A stretch of 64,000 nt of DNA from Auanema rhodensis (lineage: Eukaryota; Animalia; Nematoda), in NCBI GenBank assembly GCA_964057225.1, contig OZ059894.1:24304001-24368000 (forward strand), in the 5' to 3' direction. The notes under the pieces were generated by a model that searched no databases, had not been told where the DNA came from, and saw nothing but the letters and a program-made list of their open reading frames with translations. A program made the translations under genes and the position numbers. Positions 55,301 to 64,000 of the stretch are shown here, piece after piece (within the stretch, counting starts at the first letter, position 1; every line of letters starts with the position of its first letter).

Positions 55301-57024
55301 TATGTAACTCGCTTCACGTGAAAGATAAAGAGATGCGGTTTTCAAAATTAGATTCCCCATGTCCATATTAGTCTAAAAACAAATTTTTATTGATATTGGT
55401 TCATGGTAACCATGACTTTGAAATTTACGTGAACTTTAATTTATGCTAATTAAATGTACACGTGATGTGCACTTGGTATGTAACTCGCTTCACGTGAAAG
55501 ATAAAGAGATGCGGTTTTCAAAATTAGATTCCCCCTGTCCATATTAGTCTAAAAACAAATTTTTATTGATATTGGTTCATGGTAACCATGACTTTGAAAT
55601 TTACGTGAACTTTAATTTATGCTAATTAAATGTACACGTGATGTGCACTTGGTATGTAACTCGCTTCACGTGAAAGATAAAGAGATGCGGTTTTCAAAAT
55701 TAGATTCCCCATGTCCATATTAGTCTAAAAACAAATTTTTATTGATATTGGTTCATGGTAACCATGACTTTGAAATTTACGTGAACTTTAATTTATGCTA
55801 ATTAAATGTACACGTGATGTGCACTTGGTATGTAACTCGCTTCACGTGAAAGATAAAGAGATGCGGTTTTCAAAATTAGATTCCCCATGTCCATATTAGT
55901 CTAAAAACAAATTTTTATTGATATTGGTGCATGGTAACCATGACTTTGAAATTTACGTGAACTTTAATTTATGCTAATTAAATGTACACGTGATGTGCAC
56001 TTGGTATGTAACTCGCTTCACGTGAAAGATAAAGAGATGCGGTTTTCAAAATTAGATTCCCCATGTCCATATTAGTCTAAAAACAAATTTTTATTGATAT
56101 TGGTTCATGGTAACCATGACTTTGAAATTTACGTGAACTTCAATTTATGCTAATTAAATGTACACGTGATGTGCACTTGGTATGTAACTCGCTTCACGTG
56201 AAAGATGAAGAGATGCGGTTTTCAAAATTAGATTCCCTATGTCCATATTAGTCTAAAAACAAATTTTTATTGATATTGGTTCATGGTAACCATGACTTTG
56301 AAATTTACGTGAACTTTAATTTATGCTAATTAAATGTACACGTGATGTGCACTTGGTATGTAACTCGCTTCATGTGAAAGATAAAGAGATGCGGTTTTCA
56401 AAATTAGATTCCCCATGTCCATATTAGTCTAAAAACAAATTTTTATTGATATTGGTTCATGGTAACCATGACTTTGAAATTTACGTGAACTTTAATTTAT
56501 GCTAATTAAATGTACACGTGATGTGCACTTGGTATGTAACTCGCTTCACGTGAAAGATAAAGAGATGCGGTTTTCAAAATTAGATTCCCCATGTCCATAT
56601 TAGTCTAAAAACAAATTTTTATTGATATTGGTTCATGGTAACCATGACTTTGAAATTTACGTGAACTTTAATTTATGCTAATTAAATGTACACGTGATGT
56701 GCACTTGGTATGTAACTCGCTTCACGTGAAAGATAAAGAGATGCGGTTTTCAAAATTAGATTCCCCCTGTCCATATTAGTCTAAAAACAAATTTTTATTG
56801 ATATTGGTTCATGGTAACCATGACTTTGAAATTTACGTGAACTTTAATTTATGCTAATTAAATGTACACGTGATGTGCACTTGGTATGTAACTCGCTTCA
56901 CGTGAAAGATAAAGAGATGCGGTTTTCAAAATTAGATTCCCAATGTCCATATTAGTCTAAAAACAAATTTTTATTGATATTGGTTCATGGTAACCATGAC
57001 TTTGAAATTTACGTGAACTTTAAT
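40304..57024. repeat. 43-monomer (7568 bp) tandem duplication with a later 9-monomer (1585 bp) duplication across its junction
   Basis: Rare G25 (CACGTGGTG) at 43848/53001 gives an offset of 9153 = 7568+1585. A68, C31+C34, G112, the +1 A insertion and the A8 deletion share this offset. The 9-mer copies are 47344-48928 and 48929-50513. Confidence 0.9.
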
Positions 57025-58960
57025 TTATGCTAATTAAATGTACACGTGATGTGCACTTGGTATGTAACTCGCTTCACGTGAAAGATAAAGAGATGCGGTT
57101 TTCAAAATTAGATTCCCCATGTCCATATTAGTCTAAAAACAAATGTTTATTGATATTGGTTCATGGTAACCATGACTTTGAAATTTACGTGAACTTCAAT
57201 TTATGCTAATTAAATGTACACGTGATGTGCACTTGGTATGTAACTCGCTTCACGTGAAAGATGAAGAGATGCGGTTTTCAAAATTAGATTCCCTATGTCC
57301 ATATTAGTCTAAAAACAAATTTTTATTGATATTGGTTCATGGTAACCATGACTTTGAAATTTACGTGAACTTTAATTTATGCTAATTAAATGTACACGTG
57401 ATGTGCACTTGGTATGTAACTCGCTTCATGTGAAAGATAAAGAGATGCGGTTTTCAAAATTAGATTCCCCATGTCCATATTAGTCTAAAAACAAATTTTT
57501 ATTGATATTGGTTCATGGTAACCATGACTTTGAAATTTACGTGAACTTTAATTTATGCTAATTAAATGTACACGTGATGTGCACTTGGTATGTAACTCGC
57601 TTCACGTGAAAGATAAAGAGATGCGGTTTTCAAAATTAGATTCCCCATGTCCATATTAGTCTAAAAACAAATTTTTATTGATATTGGTTCATGGTAACCA
57701 TGACTTTGAAATTTACGTGAACTTTAATTTATGCTAATTAAATGTACACGTGATGTGCACTTGGTATGTAACTCGCTTCACGTGAAAGATAAAGAGATGC
57801 GGTTTTCAAAATTAGATTCCCCCTGTCCATATTAGTCTAAAAACAAATTTTTATTGATATTGGTTCATGGTAACCATGACTTTGAAATTTACGTGAACTT
57901 TAATTTATGCTAATTAAATGTACACGTGATGTGCACTTGGTATGTAACTCGCTTCACGTGAAAGATAAAGAGATGCGGTTTTCAAAATTAGATTCCCAAT
58001 GTCCATATTAGTCTAAAAACAAATTTTTATTGATATTGGTTCATGGTAACCATGACTTTGAAATTTACGTGAACTTTAATTTATGCTAATTAAATGTACA
58101 CGTGATGTGCACTTGGTATGTAACTCGCTTCACGTGAAAGATAAAGAGATGCGGTTTTCAAAATTAGATTCCCCATGTCCATATTAGTCTAAAAACAAAT
58201 GTTTATTGATATTGGTTCATGGTAACCATGACTTTGAAATTTACGTGAACTTCAATTTATGCTAATTAAATGTACACGTGATGTGCACTTGGTATGTAAC
58301 TCGCTTCACGTGAAAGATGAAGAGATGCGGTTTTCAAAATTAGATTCCCTATGTCCATATTAGTCTAAAAACAAATTTTTATTGATATTGGTTTATGGTA
58401 ACCATGACTTTGAAATTTACGTGAACTTTAATTTATGCTAATTAAATGTACACGTGATGTGCACTTGGTATGTAACTCGCTTCATGTGAAAGATAAAGAG
58501 ATGCGGTTTTCAAAATTAGATTCCCCATGTCCATATTAGTCTAAAAACAAATTTTTATTGATATTGGTTCATGGTAACCATGACTTTGAAATTTACGTGA
58601 ACTTTAATTTATTCTAATTAAATGTACACGTGATGTGCACTTGGTATGTAACTCGCTTCACGTGAAAGATAAAGAGATGCGGTTTTCAAAATTAGATTCC
58701 CCATGTCCATATTAGTCTAAAAACAAATTTTTATTGATATTGGTTCATGGTAACCATGACTTTGAAATTTACGTGAACTTTAATTTATGCTAATTAAATG
58801 TACACGTGATGTGCACTTGGTATGTAACTCGCTTCACGTGAAAGATAAAGAGATGCGGTTTTCAAAATTAGATTCCCCCTGTCCATATTAGTCTAAAAAC
58901 AAATTTTTATTGATATTGGTTCATGGTAACCATGACTTTGAAATTTACGTGAACTTTAAT
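53857..58960. repeat. Locally expanding 6-monomer (1056 bp) higher-order repeat, with 7-mer variants (also 44704-47871)
   Basis: The unit [G63+T94][T53][consensus][C95][A94][G121+C173] starts at 44704, 53857, 56145 and 57201. Partial or variant units start at 45760, 46992, 54913 and 58257. Confidence 0.85.
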
Positions 58961-59312
58961 TTATGCTAATTAAATGTACACGTGATGTGCACTTGGTATG
59001 TAACTCGCTTCACGTGAAAGATAAAGAGATGCGGTTTTCAAAATTAGATTCCCCATGTCCATATTAGTCTAAAAACAAATTTTTATTGATATTGGTTCAT
59101 GGTAACCATGACTTTGAAATTTACGTGAACTTTAATTTATGCTAATTAAATGTACACGTGATGTGCACTTGGTATGTAACTCGCTTCACGTGAAAGATAA
59201 AGAGATGCGGTTTTCAAAATTAGATTCCCCATGTCCATATTAGTCTAAAAACAAATTTTTATTGATATTGGTTCATGGTAACCATGACTTTGAAATTTAC
59301 GTGAACTTTAAT

Positions 59313-61424
59313 TTATGCTAATTAAATGTACACGTGATGTGCACTTGGTATGTAACTCGCTTCACGTGAAAGATAAAGAGATGCGGTTTTCAAAATTAGA
59401 TTCCCCATGTCCATATTAGTCTAAAAACAAATTTTTATTGATATTGGTTCATGGTAACCATGACTTTGAAATTTACGTGAACTTCAATTTATGCTAATTA
59501 AATGTACACGTGATGTGCACTTGGTATGTAACTCGCTTCACGTGAAAGATGAAGAGATGCGGTTTTCAAAATTAGATTCCCTATGTCCATATTAGTCTAA
59601 AAACAAATTTTTATTGATATTGGTTCATGGTAACCATGACTTTGAAATTTACGTGAACTTTAATTTATGCTAATTAAATGTACACGTGATGTGCACTTGG
59701 TATGTAACTCGCTTCACGTGAAAGAGAAAGAGATGCGGTTTTCAAAATTAGATTCCCCATGTCCATATTAGTCTAAAAACAAATTTTTATTGATATTGGT
59801 TCATGGTAACCATGACTTTGAAATTTACGTGAACTTTAATTTATGCTAATTAAATGTACACGTGATGTGCACTTGGTATGTAACTCGCTTCACGTGAAAG
59901 ATAAAGAGATGCGGTTTTCAAAATTAGATTCCCCCTGTCCATATTAGTCTAAAAACAAATTTTTATTGATATTGGTTCATGGTAACCATGACTTTGAAAT
60001 TTACGTGAACTTTAATTTATGCTAATTAAATGTACACGTGATGTGCACTTGGTATGTAACTCGCTTCACGTGAAAGATAAAGAGATGCGGTTTTCAAAAT
60101 TAGATTCCCCATGTCCATATTAGTCTAAAAACAAATTTTTATTGATATTGGTTCATGGTAACCATGACTTTGAAATTTACGTGAACTTCAATTTATGCTA
60201 ATTAAATGTACACGTGATGTGCACTTGGTATGTAACTCGCTTCACGTGAAAGATGAAGAGATGCGGTTTTCAAAATTAGATTCCCTATGTCCATATTAGT
60301 CTAAAAACAAATTTTTATTGATATTGGTTCATGGTAACCATGACTTTGAAATTTACGTGAACTTTAATTTATGCTAATTAAATGTACACGTGATGTGCAC
60401 TTGGTATGTAACTCGCTTCACGTGAAAGAGAAAGAGATGCGGTTTTCAAAATTAGATTCCCCATGTCCATATTAGTCTAAAAACAAATTTTTATTGATAT
60501 TGGTTCATGGTAACCATGACTTTGAAATTTACGTGAACTTTAATTTATGCTAATTAAATGTACACGTGATGTGCACTTGGTATGTAACTCGCTTCACGTG
60601 AAAGATAAAGAGATGCGGTTTTCAAAATTAGATTCCCCATGTCCATATTAGTCTAAAAACAAATTTTTATTGATATTGGTGCATGGTAACCATGACTTTG
60701 AAATTTACGTGAACTTTAATTTATGCTAATTAAATGTACACGTGATGTGCACTTGGTATGTAACTCGCTTCACGTGAAAGATAAAGAGATGCGGTTTTCA
60801 AAATTAGATTCCCCATGTCCATATTAGTCTAAAAACAAATTTTTATTGATATTGGTTCATGGTAACCATGACTTTGAAATTTACGTGAACTTCAATTTAT
60901 GCTAATTAAATGTACACGTGATGTGCACTTGGTATGTAACTCGCTTCACGTGAAAGATGAAGAGATGCGGTTTTCAAAATTAGATTCCCTATGTCCATAT
61001 TAGTCTAAAAACAAATTTTTATTGATATTGGTTCATGGTAACCATGACTTTGAAATTTACGTGAACTTTAATTTATGCTAATTAAATGTACACGTGATGT
61101 GCACTTGGTATGTAACTCGCTTCACGTGAAAGAGAAAGAGATGCGGTTTTCAAAATTAGATTCCCCATGTCCATATTAGTCTAAAAACAAATTTTTATTG
61201 ATATTGGTTCATGGTAACCATGACTTTGAAATTTACGTGAACTTTAATTTATGCTAATTAAATGTACACGTGATGTGCACTTGGTATGTAACTCGCTTCA
61301 CGTGAAAGATAAAGAGATGCGGTTTTCAAAATTAGATTCCCCCTGTCCATATTAGTCTAAAAACAAATTTTTATTGATATTGGTTCATGGTAACCATGAC
61401 TTTGAAATTTACGTGAACTTTAAT
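59313..61424. repeat. 4-monomer (704 bp) unit x3
   Basis: The pattern is [C173][G63+T94][G62][C95 or G137]. G62 (AAAGAGAAAG) occurs only in the monomers starting at 59665, 60369 and 61073. Confidence 0.85.
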
Positions 61425-64000
61425 TTATGCTAATTAAATGTACACGTGATGTGCACTTGGTATGTAACTCGCTTCACGTGAAAGATAAAGAGATGCGGTT
61501 TTTAAAATTAGATTCCCCATGTCCATATTAGTCTAAAAACAAATTTTTATTGATATTGGTTCATGGTAACCATGACTTTGAAATTTACGTGAACTTTAAT
61601 TTATGCTAATTAAATGTACACGTGATGTGCACTTGGTATGTAACTCGCTTCACGTGAAAGATAAAGAGATGCGGTTTTCAAAATTAGATTCCCCATGTCC
61701 ATATTAGTCTAAAAACAAATTTTTATTGATATTGGTGCATGGTAACCATGACTTTGAAATTTACGTGAACTTTAATTTATGCTAATTAAATGTACACGTG
61801 ATGTGCACTTGGTATGTAACTCGCTTCACGTGAAAGATAAAGAGATGCGGTTTTCAAAATTAGATTCCCCATGTCCATATTAGTCTAAAAACAAATTTTT
61901 ATTGATATTGGTTCATGATAACCATGACTTTGAAATTTACGTGAACTTCAATTTATGCTAATTAAATGTACACGTGATGTGCACTTGGTATGTAACTCGC
62001 TTCACGTGAAAGATGAAGAGATGCGGTTTTCAAAATTAGATTCCCTATGTCCATATTAGTCTAAAAACAAATTTTTATTGATATTGGTTCATGGTAACCA
62101 TGACTTTGAAATTTACGTGAACTTTAATTTATGCTAATTAAATGTACACGTGATGTGCACTTGGTATGTAACTTGCTTCACGTGAAAGATAAAGAGATGC
62201 GGTTTTCAAAATTAGATTGCCCATGTCCATATTAGTCTAAAAACAAATTTTTATTGATATTGGTGCATGGTAACCATGACTTTGAAATTTACGTGAACTT
62301 TAATTTATGCTAATTAAATGTACACGTGATGGGCCCTTGGTATGTAACTCGCTTCACGTGAAAGATAAAGAGATGCGGTTTTCAAAATTAGATTCCCCAT
62401 GTCCATATTAGTCTAAAAACAAATTTTTATTGATATTGGTGCATGGTAACCATGACTTTGAAATTTACGTGAACTTTAATTTATGCTAATTAAATGTACA
62501 CGTGATGTGCACTTGGTATGTAACTCGCTTCACGTGAAAGATAAAGAGATGCGGTTTTCAAAATTAGATTCCCCATGTCCATATTAGTCTAAAAACAAAT
62601 TTTTATTGATATTGGTTCATGGTAACCATGACTTTGAAATTTACGTGAACTTTAATTTATGCTAATTAAATGTACACGTGATGTGCACTTGGTATGTAAC
62701 TCGCTTCACGTGAAAGATAAAGAGATGCGGTTTTCAAAATTAGATTCCCCATGTCCATATTAGTCTAAAAACAAATTTTTATTGATATTGGTGCATGGTA
62801 ACCATGACTTTGAAATTTACGTGAACTTTAATTTATGCTAATTAAATGTACACGTGATGTGCCCTTGGTATGTAACTCGCTTCACGTGAAAGATAAAGAG
62901 ATGCGGTTTTCAAAATTAGATTCCCCATGTCCATATTAGTCTAAAAACAAATTTTTATTGATATTGGTGCATGGTAACCATGACTTTGAAATTTACGTGA
63001 ACTTTAATTTATGCTAATTAAATGTACACGTGATGTGCACTTGGTATGTAACTCGCTTCACGTGAAAGATAAAGAGATGCGGTTTTCAAAATTAGATTCC
63101 CCATGTCCATATTAGTCTAAAAACAAATTTTTATTGATATTGGTGCATGGTAACCATGACTTTGAAATTTACGTGAACTTTAATTTATGCTAATTAAATG
63201 TACACGTGATGTGCACTTGGTATGTAACTCGCTTCACGTGAAAGATAAAGAGATGCGGTTTTCAAAATTAAATTTCCCATGTCCATATTAGTCTAAAAAC
63301 AAATTTTTATTGATATTGGTGCATGGTAACCATGACTTTGAAATTTACGTGAACTTTAATTTATGCTAATTAAATGTACACGTGATGTGCACTTGGTATG
63401 TAACTCGCTTCACGTGAAAGATAAAGAGATGCGGTTTTCAAAATTAGATTCCCCATGTCCATATTAGTCTAAAAACAAATTTTTATTGATATTGGTTCAT
63501 GGTAACCATGACTTTGAAATTTACGTGAACTTTAATTTATGCTAATTAAATGTACACGTGATGTGCACTTGGTATGTAACTCGCTTCACGTTAAAGATAA
63601 AGAGATGCGTTTTTCAAAATTAAATTTCCCATGTCCATATTAGTCTAAAAACAAATTTTTATTGATATTGGTGCATGGTAACCATGACTTTGAAATTTAC
63701 GTGAACTTTAATTTATGCTAATTAAATGTACACGTGATGTGCACTTGGTATGTAACTCGCTTCACGTGAAAGATAAAGAGATGCGGTTTTCAAAATTAGA
63801 TTCCCCATGTCCATATTAGTCTAAAAACAAATTTTTATTGATATTGGTTCATGGTAACCATGACTTTGAAATTTACGTGAACTTTAATTTATGCTAATTA
63901 AATGTACACGTGATGTGCACTTGGTATGTAACTCGCTTCACGTTAAAGATAAAGAGATGCGTTTTTCAAAATTAGATTCCCCCTGTCCATATTAGTCTAA

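Larger units (their letters stand above)
1..64000. repeat. Tandem satellite DNA array, 176-bp monomer, ~363.6 copies, single orientation (candidate centromeric/pericentromeric satellite)
   Basis: TTATGCTAATTAAATG recurs at 1, 177, 353 ... 2641 (15x176+1) ... 63361 (360x176+1). No non-satellite sequence or inversion was seen. Consensus is 56/176 G+C. A centromeric role is inferred only from the nucleosome-scale monomer and high homogeneity. Confidence 0.99.

Noticed and set aside
1-64000. CRISPR array or other repeat-spacer system
   Set aside because: There are palindromic motifs, but the DNA between them is also repeated. There are no unique spacers, leader or cas genes.
1-64000. A single regular higher-order repeat, or an information-bearing code in the variant order
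   Set aside because: Periods differ by region (4, 5, 6, 9, 23, 29, 43 monomers), and nested duplication plus conversion explains the variant order.
1-64000. Telomeric repeats, transposon insertions or strand inversions
   Set aside because: None seen. The monomer phase is continuous apart from eight 1-bp indels.

Overview
The whole 64 kb window is one uninterrupted head-to-tail satellite array of a 176-bp, ~32% GC monomer: 363 full copies plus a final partial copy, all in the same orientation. I see no genes, RNA genes, transposons, CRISPR spacers or unique sequence. Both ORF-track entries come from point loss of the monomer's in-frame TAG. Consensus, with position 1 = window position 1: TTATGCTAATTAAATGTACACGTGATGTGCACTTGGTATGTAACTCGCTTCACGTGAAAGATAAAGAGATGCGGTTTTCAAAATTAGATTCCCCATGTCCATATTAGTCTAAAAACAAATTTTTATTGATATTGGTTCATGGTAACCATGACTTTGAAATTTACGTGAACTTTAAT. 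Most monomers differ from it at 0-5 positions. Reading these variants by eye, monomer by monomer, shows a layered history of nested tandem duplications (1-, 2-, 4-, 5-, 6-, 9-, 23-, 29- and 43-mers) with mappable chimeric junction monomers. The monomer is rich in dyad symmetry and carries three CACGTG-type motifs spaced 32-33 bp apart. Monomer size and homogeneity resemble a eukaryotic centromeric or pericentromeric satellite (inference). I cannot assign species or family, and I find no evidence of a new protein-based system. Variant notation is base plus monomer position (e.g. G63). All variant calls are manual and need confirming by alignment.
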